The notes below the pieces were generated by a model. It saw only the letters and a list, made by a program, of their open reading frames with translations, was not told the DNA's origin and did no database searches. A stretch of DNA of 63,747 bases, counting the filler, from Octopus bimaculoides (taxonomy: Eukaryota), in the NCBI RefSeq assembly GCF_001194135.2. It is 5 parts of 4 records of this genome, joined end to end, with 100 filler letters (N's around TTAATTAATTAA, not from the genome) between each part and the next. Parts side by side here need not be neighbours in the genome. Positions count along the whole stretch, not along the records: positions 11,836 to 28,601 come from NC_068982.1; 4 more parts are not named here. One strand, written 5' to 3'. Position numbers and translations under genes: made by a program. Below, piece after piece: positions 12,898 through 24,642 of the stretch (position 1 is its first letter; each line of letters opens with the position of its first letter).

Positions 12898-13967
12898 AAA
12901 TCCGACCCGTGAGAATTTTCTGAAACTCTTCACTCCACCCTCGGAAAATATTTTTCACCACAAATTCCAATATAATCGAAATCTACACTATTTGAAGTGT
13001 GTTTGTAGAAAATTTAACTAAAAAATAACCATTTTTCTGGAAGTTACGAGGAAACAAAATCGAAGTGGGGCCCATTTATGTTAGTATGTCTAAATAACAG
13101 CCGAGAGATAAAAAATGGAAGCCGTTTTAAAATTCAGTCGTGTTTTCCACGCAGGAAGGTTAATGTCGCGGAGCAAGGAGAAAGATGTTAATTTTGTCAT
13201 TTGGGTGAAGATGAAGCAGAGGTTCGTATCGTATAGTGAGGTGAATGGAAGAGCGGTGGTGGTGATGGCGACGGCGACGGCGGCGGCGGCGGTTACTTTT
13301 CGTATCGTGAGGTGAAACGATAATTTAATATCAAAGAACAAGGTTACTTGGTAGAACTACGAACAGTGAGAGGAGAAGTAGGAGGTAATTGTTTCTGTCG
13401 GAGTTGCAAATGTAAGAGGTTGAACTTGACTACTGCTGCGGTGGGAGGTTATTATTACTGTTAATCTATAGAGGGTGTAGTGGGAGGTGAGATTCAGTGA
13501 AAAGATTATTGTGAAGGTAGAGGGAAGGTAATACTGTAATGACACATTATTCTTACGCTGTGAAGAGACAACACAGGCTAATGATTAGGGTGGTGGCGGT
13601 GGGAGGACTCATTACAATTACAGGTTACTACTGCTGTGTTGTGGAAGGATGGAGGGCGTCGAGTCGGCAGGGAAGGATATTGTCTTATCGGGGAAGATGG
13701 CTTGTCTATTTACGTTCAAGAGAATACCTTTTACTTGTATCAGACATTGGTGTCTGGTCATACTGGAGCACAGCCATGAAGGGGTTTTAGTTGGAAAGAC
13801 ATCGACTTCGGTTGTTGTTTTTATTTTTTAAGTCTCGGACTTATTTCTGTCAGTCTCTTGTCGAACCCGCTAAGTTGCGGGGATGCAAACAAACCAGGAG
13901 TGACTATCAAACGGTGGAGGTGGGGATCAAATACAGACACGAAGATACCTTCCCCACGCACATACAC

Positions 13968-14430
13968 ACTGGTACTCCGTCGGTTTCGACGACGACTATT
14001 CGGTTGATCCGATCAACGGAACAGCCTGCTCATGAAGTTAACGTGTAAGTGGCTGAATACGTAATTTGCAGGGAGATTTAGCGCACTAGGGTAGCTAGAG
14101 TGTGTGTCGCCCGGGGCGGCCCTTCCGTTTGCCGCCCCCAGACCCCATAAAAAACATACTGCCTACATGAGTCCCAAAAGTGGTGCCCCTTTCAAAGTGC
14201 CGCCCGCGGCACCCCCTCCCACCAGCTACGCTAGTGATTCAGCGTGACACCGGATGTCACAAAGCTGGCCCTTTGAAATACATGTACTACTCATTTTTGC
14301 CAGCTGAGTGGACTGGAGCAACGTGAAATAAAGTGTCTTGCTCAAGGAAACAACATGTCGCCGGGAATCGAACTCACAACATTGGAATCGCAATCCGAAT
14401 ATACCCTAACCACTACGCCACGCGCCTTCG
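13968..14430 (-). mobile_element. tRNA-derived SINE family D, interrupted by a MITE
   Basis: Head (revcomp) GAAGGCGCGTGGCGTAGTGGTTAGGG...GAGTTCGATTCCCGG; 3' tail shared with family B. Confidence 0.8.
14084..14236. mobile_element. hAT-type MITE, 153 bp
   Basis: 13-bp TIR CACTAG(G/C)GTAGCT; 8-bp TSD ATTTAGCG / ATTCAGCG. Confidence 0.85.
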
Positions 14431-14496
14431 TCCGGAGGTCAAATACACAGACACACACACACACATGTGTTTATATGATGGGCTTCCTCATAGTTT

Positions 14497-14733
14497 CTTA
14501 TTTGTTTATTGCCCACAAGAGGCTAAACATAGAGAGGACAAACAAGGACAGACAAAGGGATTAAGTCGATTACATCGACCCCAGTGCGTAACTGGTACTT
14601 GATTTATCGACCCCAAAAGGAATGAAAGGCAAAGTCGAACTCGGTGGAATTTGAACTCAGAACGTAACGGCAGACGAAATACCGCAAAGCATTTCGCCCG
14701 GCGTGCTAACGTCTCTGCCAGCTCGCTGCCTTC
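14497..14733 (-). mobile_element. SINE family C
   Basis: Reverse complement of GGCGAGCTGGCAGA...GAGTTCAAATTCC...TTTGCCTTTCATCC...GGGGTCGATAAA. Confidence 0.85.
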
Positions 14734-14737
14734 CTCA

Positions 14738-14880
14738 TAGTTTCTGTCTACCAAATTTTCTCACAAAGCATTCGTCGGCTCGGGGTTATTGGTAGAAGAC
14801 ACTACATTAAGGAACCGCGCAGTGGAACTGAACCCAAAACCATGTGATTCAAAGCGAACCACACAGCTATGTCTGCGCCT
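14738..14880 (-). mobile_element. SINE family A, 5' part (decayed)
   Basis: Similarity to the head of 12499-12650. Confidence 0.65.
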
Positions 14881-15285
14881 AAAATATCTGTGCAATCGAG
14901 AATTTCCTACTTCATGCTGTTATGGTTGACATTTTCCTAATTTATGCTCTAATGGCTGACGACATTTTCCTAAGTTATGCTGTTATGGTTGACGACATTT
15001 GATCTTCCGATTTTTAATGATTGGTATATAAATAAACCTATGTAATAGAAACACAAGCATAGCAAACTTATCATCATCTCTGTTGATGAAGAAGCTTCAT
15101 GTTTTGTCGAGCCTTACTGGGTTCTCATTAGAGATGCCTACAACATTTTTTTCCAACCTCAGAGAAATAAGCAACCATTCTGTTTATATACCCAGCAAAT
15201 CCAGTAACAATAAAGATCTGCTGCTACTAATTTATATACCACACTTGTTAAATACTTTATTTAATTAAATACTTCATTTAATGTG

Positions 15286-15390
15286 GAAGCGCAATGGCCC
15301 ACTGGTTAGGGCAGCGAACTCGCGGTTTCGATTCCCAGACCGGTCGTTGTGAGTGCTTATTGAGCGTAAACACCTAAACACTTAAAGCTC
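15286..15390 (+). mobile_element. SINE family B, 5' fragment
   Basis: GCGCAATGGCCCACTGGTTAGGGCAGCG...GGTTTCGATTCCCAGACC. Confidence 0.75.
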
Positions 15391-15437
15391 CACACTCTCT
15401 CACTCTTCTTTTTTCTTTCTCTCTCACTCACTCACAC

Positions 15438-15468
<31 letters not shown>

Positions 15469-15624
15469 CTCAACAACGACTCTTTCTCCTCCCCTTCTAT
15501 TCAGAGTGAAAGTCTTCCTTTAAAGTCTGTGTTGCATTGTCCTTATGTTGAAAGGCACAGAGAACCACACACAAACACACACACACACGCAAACAACCAA
15601 ACTCTAACTATATATATTATATCC

Positions 15625-15744
15625 GTGGCACTCCGTCGGTTACGACGAGGGTTCCAGTTGATCCGATCAACGGAACAATTAACGTGCTAGTGACTGAGCA
15701 CTCCACAGAAACGTGTGCCCTTAACGTAGTTCTCGGGGATATTC
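15625..15744 (-). mobile_element. SINE family B/D 3' tail running into a gap
   Basis: Reverse complement of GAATATCCCCGAGAACTACGTTAAGGG...GGAGTGCC. Confidence 0.75.
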
Positions 15745-16080
15745 NNNNNNNNNNNNNNNNNNNNNNNNNNNNNNNNNNNNNNNNNNNNNNNNNNNNNNNN
15801 NNNNNNNNNNNNNNNNNNNNNNNNNNNNNNNNNNNNNNNNNNNNNNNNNNNNNNNNNNNNNNNNNNNNNNNNNNNNNNNNNNNNNNNNNNNNNNNNNNNN
15901 NNNNNNNNNNNNNNNNNNNNNNNNNNNNNNNNNNNNNNNNNNNNNNNNNNNNNNNNNNNNNNNNNNNNNNNNNNNNNNNNNNNNNNNNNNNNNNNNNNNN
16001 NNNNNNNNNNNNNNNNNNNNNNNNNNNNNNNNNNNNNNNNNNNNATTTTCCTTTCTCGAGCGTTCGTCCATGGTTGACAG

Positions 16081-16149
16081 CCAGAGCAGACGATTGCTGG
16101 CGCCATCTTTAATAATTTGTTACTCAACTATGAAAGAAAGCTAGATGCA
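16081..16149 (+). CDS. Candidate internal coding exon (phase 0-0): PEQTIAGAIFNNLLLNYERKLDA
   Basis: Pyrimidine tract then GACAG| acceptor; GCA|GTAAGT donor; 69 nt open; protein-like composition; frame-compatible with 23581. Confidence 0.55.
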
Positions 16150-16435
16150 GTAAGTTTGCACCCTGCCTCGAATTTCTCGCACAACACTGCTGCTACTTCT
16201 TTTATAATTGTCTGTAGACAGATACTGTTTCCACAGACATGGGTGAAAGAATTGTTCCACACCATTCGTAGATATGCAATGATTTTAAGACATTAGTTAT
16301 CTATTTTATGGACAGCAAGCATAGCCGTCGTCATCATCATCATTCTCATCACCATCGTCGTCGTCGTCATCATCATCATCATCATCACTATCGTCGTCGT
16401 CATCACCATCGTCATCGCTATCGTCGTCGTCGTCG

Positions 16436-16600
16436 TTTTAACGTCCAATTTTCCGCGCCTGCATGGGTCGGACGGAATTCGTTGAGATACATTTTCGACG
16501 GCCGGATGCCCTTCCTGTGGCCAACCCTTACTCCTTTCTAAATAAGGTAATATTTCCCCCAGAAGCCATATGTACTTTCACAGAAGACTTGGTAGATCGA
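16436..16600 (-). mobile_element. Short interspersed repeat fragment with (GAC/GAT)n tail
   Basis: CGGCCGGATGCCCTTCCTGTGGCCAACC core abutting a (CAT/CGT)n tract; resembles RTE-tail-type SINE ends (from memory, unverified). Confidence 0.45.
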
Positions 16601-16712
16601 TTGATCGAACAACTGAGCATTCTTGCTGGAATATTCTGATTGAGATCAGTTTCCCTGATCTGTTTCATTTACAGGTTTTGTATACATACCATACAATATA
16701 CAAACTCGCGCG

Positions 16713-16753
<41 letters not shown>

Positions 16754-17077
16754 NNNNNNNNNNNNNNNNNNNNNNNNNNNNNNNNNNNNNNNNNNNNNNN
16801 NNNNNNNNNNNNNNNNNNNNNNNNNNNNNNNNNNNNNNNNNNNNNNNNNNNNNNNNNNNNNNNNNNNNNNNNNNNNNNNNNNNNNNNNNNNNNNNNNNNN
16901 NNNNNNNNNNNNNNNNNNNNNNNNNNNNNNNNNNNNNNNNNNNNNNNNNNNNNNNNNNNNNNNNNNNNNNNNNNNNNNNNNNNNNNNNNNNNNNNNNNNN
17001 NNNNNNNNNNNNNNNNNNNNNNNNNNNNNNNNNNNNNNNNNNNNNNNNNNNNNNNNNNNNNNNNNNNNNNNNNNNNN

Positions 17078-17124
<47 letters not shown>

Positions 17125-18024
17125 CTGTCTTTCTCCTTCACTCTCAATCGGTTGAATCCTCGGAGTAAGCCCACCACTTAACCCGTACGGTGATTTCAGA
17201 TCACCCAGCTTCCCGGTCGCTTTCCTGAAATCGCATTCAAGTCACCGCAAAATAAGATGAAATCGAATATGAATCGCTCCTGGTGTAAGCTGGAAGACAA
17301 TTTAATCTTATCCTTTATTGTTTCAGATTGCTCCTTACTCCATCAAAACACGTATTTACTTATCGTATTTTACCCCTGCAGCAGAGCAGCAGTAGAGGTG
17401 TTAGTATGGCTAGTGTGGTTTAAAGATAGCATTACTATTTATCTATTTATCTGCTGTTTCACGGTGTTAGTGTAGTTAAAAGTTTAATTATGTCTCTTAT
17501 CGAAACAACTCTCAACCTAGGATGAAGAGTATTTTTGTGCCTTCAGTATTAAAAACTTTCTTAGCACATCTTATCTGTTCTCACTTTTTATCCAAGAATT
17601 TGCAGAAAAATTCTTAGCGAACCAAGAAAACAGGTCTTCTGCACCGCCGAAGTCAGAATATTGCTCTGCTATCTCTCTTTCGTCATTGTTTTAACTCATA
17701 TCAAATGGGCGTGTCACACCTATTACAACTCATAGTTTTTTCTGCTTATCAACAACTACAATATACAGTCTGTTTTGTTCCATTCTTCGTTCAGTTTGTA
17801 TACGAAAGTACCATTAAGAATCTTATTGTTTTCGACGATTCACATTTCTCTTCTCACAAAATGTTCAAAGCTCTTTTCTATGCATGCAAAACCAAAACTC
17901 TTGCAAAAGTTCCAGTGAATTATTGCAGTAATTTTATTGAGTCTACACTTTTTGTATTCGTTCCGAACTATGGACATTCCAGTATACCGTCCCCAATGGT
18001 GTTTTTGGTGATGAATAAAGAAAC

Positions 18025-18590
18025 TATTATTATTATTATTGAGTGAGAGAGAAGTGCATTCCATCAAATTGACACTGGGGTACAAATATACGAAGCCCAA
18101 TATACCCATCATGACTATCCGTCCGATAAGGGTACACCAGGCACATGCATCACAACCATATGCACACGACATAGTGATTTCATATCAAGATAAACAGCAC
18201 ATAACTTTGCAGGTGAGACCCAGTTAGAATTTTCTTCAGGTCGAGTAGCCCATCCTGCTCAAAAGGTCCCTCAATAGGGTTTGTTTTAAGAATGATGAAC
18301 AAAACACTCATGTTTCCAGAGGTGAATTATTCAAACCCCAAAGAACTCCTATCAACACATGGCTATGATGCTCCCCCACTACTTCTGCTCATGATCAGAG
18401 ATGCACATATCATCAGCCACCAAAGGACATGCTCAACTGGTTAAGGTCAAACAACTGACCAGCAAATCTGTGGTATTGAGCAGAATATTTGTTGTAGGCC
18501 ATCTTTTTATGCCAAGACAAAACAATGTACATGATAACACTACCAATCAATTAAGATCAGAAGCCACGAGAGCCACTGCCTGGTACGACA
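18025..18590 (-). mobile_element. About 550-bp (TAA)n-tailed retroelement (non-autonomous, or 3' UTR of an R4-like LINE)
   Basis: Inverted homolog of 19598-20270; TAA repeats at both ends. Confidence 0.7.
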
Positions 18591-18897
18591 ATTATTACTG
18601 TTGTTGTTGTTGTTGTTATTATTATTATTATTATTATTGTGTTGTTGTTGTTGCTGCTGCTGCTATTTAGAAATGTTTGACCCAGAGCATGTGATTTCAC
18701 TCAAAGAGTACCGCTCCTGTAGAGAATAACAAACATTAATTAATTAATTAGTAAGACGGTTATTAAATTAATTATCGCAAGCGATAACTCCTCACATGAT
18801 CCGTACCAGGATATAAGATGGGTTGCCGTTGATTGGCGTGACTTCCACAATATTGTCTCCTTCGTCAGGTCTGACCTAGGGTTAAAAAAACAACATA

Positions 18898-19122
18898 AAA
18901 TATTCTTTCAACTATTGGCACAAGGTCTGGAACTTTTGGGGTGTGAATGGAGGCTAGTCGATAACATCGACCCCACTGCTCAATAAGCACTTATTTTATT
19001 GACCTCGAAGGGATGTGAGGGAAATTCAACCTCGGTGGTAATCGAACTCAGGCCGTGAAGGCGGACGATAGGCCGTTAAGCATTTTGTCCAGCGTGCAAA
19101 CGATTCTGCCAGCTCTGCGCCT
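18898..19122 (-). mobile_element. SINE family C (decayed)
   Basis: Homology to 14497-14733. Confidence 0.75.
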
Positions 19123-19125
19123 TAA

Positions 19126-19204
<79 letters not shown>

Positions 19205-19514
19205 CAAATGACAATGTTTCTCTAAAAGAAATGGAGAAACTTTCAAAATACAAAGTCCTGGAAATAGAGGTAACTCGAATGTGGAATCTAAAAACAGAAA
19301 CAATTCCTATCATAGTAGGCGCATTAGGTATGATAAAAAAATATTCAGACAAATACACAGAAAATAGCACTACTGGGCACTGCACACGTCCTACGCAAAA
19401 CACTTTCAATACAGTAACCATAAGAGCATCACAGCAAACCACAGTACATAGCTAAGGGACACAGAGATGCGCTCGGTAGTGAAGTGAAAGCACGTTATAA
19501 AACTAAAACTACTG

Positions 19515-19515
<1 letters not shown>
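19205..19515 (+). mobile_element. 5'-truncated R4/Dong-like LINE (RLE C-terminus plus 3' UTR)
   Basis: KEMEKLSKYKVLEIEVTRMWNLKTETIPIIVGALG; flanked by (TAA)n and (CAA)(TAA)n. Confidence 0.8.
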
Positions 19516-19547
<32 letters not shown>

Positions 19548-19549
19548 AC

Positions 19550-19597
<48 letters not shown>

Positions 19598-19599
<2 letters not shown>

Positions 19600-20290
19600 C
19601 CCTGATGCAGTACCAGGCAGTGACTCTCATGGCTTCTGATCTTAATTGATTGGTAGTGTTATCATGTACATTGTTTTGTCTTGGTATAAAAGATGGACTA
19701 CAGCAAATATTCTACTNNNNNNNNNNNNNNNNNNNNNNNNNNNNNNNNNNNNNNNNNNNNNNNNNNNNNNNNNNNNNNNNNNNNNNNNNNNNNNNNNNNN
19801 NNNNNNNNNNNNNNNNNNNNNNNNNNNNNNNNNNNNNNNNNNNNNNNNNNNNNNNNNNNNNNNNNNNNNNNNNNNNNNNNNNNNNNNNNNNNNNNNNNNN
19901 NNNNNNNNNNNNNNNNNNNNNNNNNNNNNNNNNNNNNNNNNNNNNNNNNNNNNNNNNNNNNNNNNNNNNNNNNNNNNNNNNNNNNNNNNNNNNNNNNNNN
20001 NNNNNNNNNNNNNNNNNNNNNNNNNNNNNNNNNNNNNNNNNNNNNNNNNNNNNNNNNNNNNNNNNNNNNNNNNNNNNNNNNNNNNNNNNNNNNNNNNNNN
20101 NNNNNNTGAGCGGGATGGGCCACTCGACCTGAAGCAAATTCTAACTGGGCCCCACCTGCAAGGTCATGTGCTGTTTATCTTGATATGAGATCACCATGTC
20201 GCACACATGGGCTTCGTATATTTTACCCTCGTGTCACTTTGATGGCATGCACTGCTCTCTCACTCAATAATAATAATAATAATAATAATA

Positions 20291-20370
<80 letters not shown>
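19598..20370 (+). mobile_element. (TAA)n-tailed retroelement, second copy (spans a gap)
   Basis: Both gap flanks match the reverse complement of 18040-18590; long (AAT)n tail. Confidence 0.7.
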
Positions 20371-20887
20371 CTTTTCTTTTCTACTATAGACACGAGGCCT
20401 GAAATTTTGTGGGACGGGGCGAGTCGATTACATCGACCCCACTGTTTGGCTGTAGAAATAACAACAACAACAACAACTACATCAGCTTCAATGCAAACGT
20501 ATCAAAATAGGGTCATTTCAGGCGGTCGCATTAGCTGCTAGAGATGGCAGTCAAATCTTCATGAAATCGTACCTTACCATCTCAAAATAGATAAATAAAA
20601 AAGCGACCACGTATAAGCCCTTCCCACTGTTGACCGTTGATGTTCAAGGCAAGAGGAGATTAGCTGATTAGTGTTTATATTCTGCATCAATTAATCACCT
20701 GGTGGAAAAAATACATCAAATAAAATGAAAATGTTGTGTTGACAGAAGTGATAAACTTTTAGCAATTTGTAGAGCAATTAGCAATTAGAATAATTAAGAG
20801 ATGGTAGAAGACGTCGGAATTAGAAGCTGAAAGAGGAGAAAGAAAATGTAACGTTGTAATGACGCTTGTTATTGATTTCTTTTCTAG

Positions 20888-20929
20888 GCCATAGAACCTC
20901 AACTTAACGAGATATTGCGATGGGATTGT
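20888..20929 (+). CDS. Weak candidate exon AIEPQLNEILRWDC (phase 0)
   Basis: Strong acceptor GATTTCTTTTCTAG|; only phase 0 is open; donor TGT|GTGATA is weak and the end is uncertain. Confidence 0.25.
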
Positions 20930-21204
20930 GTGATAGTTATGTGTCTAGGAACGTAACTAAATACACTGTTGCATTATATCCGGTGCTCAACGGATCCTGA
21001 ATGTTAGTTTATCGGATAAAATTATTAATAGTGACATTCTCCGTTTTTTTTTATGTTCTGATTTCAAACCTCGCTGAGATCAACTTTGCATTTTATCCCT
21101 TCTGTTCGGTATCGATAATATAAGTACCAGTCATGTACTGTAGTCGATTGTACTCGATTTCCCCTCTCTCTTCAAAATCGATGACCCTCTGCCAAAATTA
21201 GAAT

Positions 21205-21705
21205 CTTTATCACTGCCTTTGCACAGCTTCTAACGCTGGAGATGTACTACGGTGTCAGCTATTCACTACCTGTGAACTAAGGTAACACCCCTTATTTTTC
21301 GAGCACCTTCCGGAGTATTCGAGCGGTTCCAAGCAGGGCTGTTTTTTGCAAGTGCTCTACCCTTATTGAACCCCCTATTTGTTCCATGTACTTCTCAAGA
21401 TTTTTAATCACTGTCCCCAGGGCTCCGACAATTATTGGTACTACTACCACCTTTTTCAGCGACCACAACTGCTTAACCTCCCAAGCTAACCTGTCATATC
21501 TCTCGACTTTTCTTTCTTCCTTATCGCATACCTTGTTGTCAGCTGGGAATGCTAGATCTATGATCCAGCGTAGTTTGCTTTCTTTCTCAATTAAGATTAT
21601 GTCTGGCTTCCTATTCTCTATCTCATGGTCGCACTGAATCATAAAATCCCACAGGATCTTTGCATTTCTATTTTCGACGATGCCTTCAGGTTTGTGGTCG
21701 TACCA
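21205..21705 (-). mobile_element. 5'-truncated R4/Dong-like LINE (PD-(D/E)xK restriction-like endonuclease end plus 3' UTR)
   Basis: KILWDFMIQCDHEIENRKPDIILIEKE...IIDLAFP...KVERY...PIIVGALG; 5' end abuts (TAA)n. Confidence 0.9.
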
Positions 21706-21759
<54 letters not shown>

Positions 21760-22017
21760 ATAACAATAACAACAACAACAACAATAAAGATTTCAAATCA
21801 TGGTGCTGGGCCAGCAATTTTAGGGGAGAAGTAATTCGATTACTTTGATCCCCAGAGCTCAATTAGTATTTATTTTATTGATCCCGAAAGGGTGTGTAGC
21901 GGTAGTGAGAGAGTTGAATGATCTTCCTTGTAAGAAAGGTCATAGAGTAACCTCCCTTCTCTAAGTTTCTCGAAAGCATCAGTGTCATGAGACGTGATTC
22001 TTAATTATTCAAGAAGC

Positions 22018-22201
22018 GTAAGGCGGCGAGCGGGCAGAAACGTTAGCACACCGGGCGAAATGCTTAACGGTATTTCGTCTGTCTTTATATTCTGAGTTCA
22101 AATTCCGCCGAGGTCGACAAATTAAGTACCAGTTACATACTGAGGTCAATCTAATCGACTGGCCACCAAAACATTTCGGGCCTTGTGCCTAGAGTAGAAA
22201 A
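22018..22201 (+). mobile_element. SINE family C with 16-bp TSD
   Basis: TAATTATTCAAGAAGC at 22002-22017 and 22202-22217. Confidence 0.9.
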
Positions 22202-22599
22202 TAATTATTCAAGAAGCTTAGCGTTTCTCTTGGAAGTTTCTAGAATGTCTAGCGTTCCATTAATAAAACAGCTTGCTAACCCTGCTCTTCGCTTCTTAGT
22301 CGATTAGACTTAGAGCCATTCACGTCATTTTTACGTCCGCCTGTTTCTCTACGCCACATGACTGAAAACAACCACTTAGCTGTTATTTCTATATTTCCTA
22401 TCTCTGAACTTTCTTGCATAGATTACTTCATTCAACCAGCTTCTACTATTTGATTCCATGTATCATCATCGATAGAAGAATTAAATATATTTTTATGTAG
22501 TAAATATATAAATCTTGTATTTATTCTTTCATCTCTCTATGAACTCTTGTAATAACATACACGCAGCCACATCAACACCTTGTACTGACTATATATTCC

Positions 22600-22955
22600 A
22601 TAACAGATGTAAGGTAAAGTCCACCTTGGCGGAATTTAAACTCAGAACCTAAAGAACAAGAAGAAATGCTACTAAGCGTTTTCTCCGACATGTTAACGAT
22701 TATACCAGATCATCCCCTTAGCAACAATAATAATAATCGTTTGTATTATAGACATGAGCCCTGAAGTTTTTGGCCGGAAGGGGTTAGTCAATTGCATCGA
22801 CCTCAGTGCTTAGCTGGTGCTTATTTCATCGAACCCGATAGGATGAAAGGCAAAGTCGACGCCGGTGGTTATTTGAACTCAGACCGTAAAGCCGGACGAA
22901 ATGCCTAGTGCCATTTCGTCCGGCGTGCTGACAGTTCTACCAGCTCGTCGCCTTA
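22600..22955 (-). mobile_element. Two SINE family C copies in tandem (first one partial)
   Basis: Homology to the family C core. Confidence 0.75.
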
Positions 22956-22977
22956 TAGTGGATCCAATAATGAATGT

Positions 22978-23235
22978 TGAAGGCGCGTGGCCTAGTGGTT
23001 AGGCTGTTGCACTCACAATCGCTAGACTGTGGGTTCGATTCGCTGACTGGGCGGCGCGTTGTATTCTTGAGCAAAACACTTCATTTCATGTTGCTCCAGT
23101 CCCCCTTCGATCAAGGGGGGTGGGATTGTTGGCCTGCTCGCCTAACCAGCGGGCTGGCGTCATTTGAAGGCTAAGACAATACAAAAAGCGCATTGTGACC
23201 AGCGATATGTGACAACATCTGATAGCCTGGTCGGT
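22978..23235 (+). mobile_element. SINE with family D-like head and a different tail
   Basis: AAGGCGCGTGGCCTAGTGGTTAGG...GGGTTCGATTC...TTGCTCCAGTCC. Confidence 0.65.
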
Positions 23236-23580
23236 CACGTGACCACATGAATAATGAATGCTATAAGAGGGTGCAGCAAAAATACATCGTATTCACCGTT
23301 TTTGATAAAATCTTCAACAACAAACACAAAACATATTCCACTTCAAACCATGACAAAAACTAAGAGACAAAACGGTAAAAGATTATCTACATGAAGACAC
23401 CCTTACTATCTGTCTGGATTTATCAGTGTCACATCAATAGCCGTATAAAATATGGAAGGTTTTTCTGCCGCACTTGTCTTCCTTAAGATGTAACTAAATG
23501 CCAACAGGAAGTCAAGCAATGACTACCAATCGGTTCCTTGCTGGCTTCCAATTCCGAGATATTCGTTTTGATCTCTAAAG

Positions 23581-23632
23581 ATGGACCCTCCTGAAAGAGT
23601 ACTCCCACCCCAGGCCGAATCAGACAGCCGAG
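23581..23632 (+). CDS. Candidate coding exon (phase 0-1): MDPPERVLPPQAESDSR
   Basis: TTCGTTTTGATCTCTAAAG| acceptor; GAG|GTAAAT donor; phases link 16149 to 28412. Confidence 0.5.
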
Positions 23633-23653
23633 GTAAATGTAAATCTTGTAAAT

Positions 23654-23981
23654 GTAGGCGCAGGAGACGCTGTGTGGGTAAGAAGTCTGCTTCCCAACCA
23701 CATGGTTTCCGGTTCAATACCACGCAGTGGGACTGAACACGGAACCATATGGTTGGGTTCTTCTTCTTGGAAAGTGTCTTCTACTATAGCCCCAAGTCGA
23801 CCAGAGCCTTGTGAGTGGATTTGATAGACGGAAACTAAAAGAAACCCGTCGTGTATATATATATATATATATNNNNNNNNNNNNNNNNNNNNNNNNNNNN
23901 NNNNNNNNNNNNNNNNNNNNNNNNNNNNNNNNNNNNNNNNNNNNNNNNNNNNNNNNNNNNNNNNNNNNNNNNNNNNNNNNN

Positions 23982-24021
<40 letters not shown>

Positions 24022-24100
24022 CTGTCTGTTTGCCCTCCACTGCCTCTTGACAATCGGTGTTGGTGTGTTGACGTCCCCATAACTTGACAGTTCGGCACAG
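23654..24100 (+). mobile_element. SINE family A with internal inverted duplication, spans a gap
   Basis: Family A head and body; 23693-23757 folds back on itself. Confidence 0.75.
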
Positions 24101-24412
24101 ACAGACAGACACACACACACACACAGACACACACACACACACACACACACACAAGGCCTCAAATTTGGAAGAGAGATTAAATTGATTACATCGACCCCAG
24201 TGCGTAAGAGATGTAGAAGAAATTATAGTAGAAGAGATTTTCCCATGGTGCTGCGCAATGGGACTGAACCCAGAACCATGTGGTTGGGAAGCAAATTTCT
24301 TACCATAGAGTCACCCCTGCGCCTATTTGACAAAAATCTTCATGAATTCGGCATACAGTAAGGTACGAGAGACAATACATTGTTTACCGCGTAGACAGAA
24401 GAGAAGATATAT

Positions 24413-24577
24413 AGGCGCGGGAGTGTCTGTGTGGTAAGTAGCTTGCTTACCAACCACATGGTTCTGGGTTCAGTCCCACTGCGTGGCACCTTGGGCAAGT
24501 GTCTTCTACTATAGCCTCGGGCCGACCAAAGCCTTGTGAGTGGATTTGGTAGACGGAAACTGAAAGAAGCCCGTCGT

Positions 24578-24580
<3 letters not shown>
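24413..24580 (+). mobile_element. SINE family A, 5' half
   Basis: Near-consensus head up to GAAAGAAGCCCGTCG. Confidence 0.85.

Positions 24581-24642
<62 letters not shown>

Larger units (their letters stand above)
11836..13075. mobile_element. Foldback-like DNA element with long modular inverted arms
   Basis: 11836-12110 is the imperfect reverse complement of 12390-12498 plus 12898-13075 (TTTGTTTCCTCATAACTTTCAGAAAAAT versus ATTTTTCTGGAAGTTACGAGGAAACAAA); arms contain about 150-bp subrepeats. Confidence 0.6.

Noticed and set aside
17705-18046. 113-aa plus-strand ORF
   Set aside because: No recognisable motif or splice context; it runs into a TAA tail, and such lengths occur by chance in AT-biased DNA.
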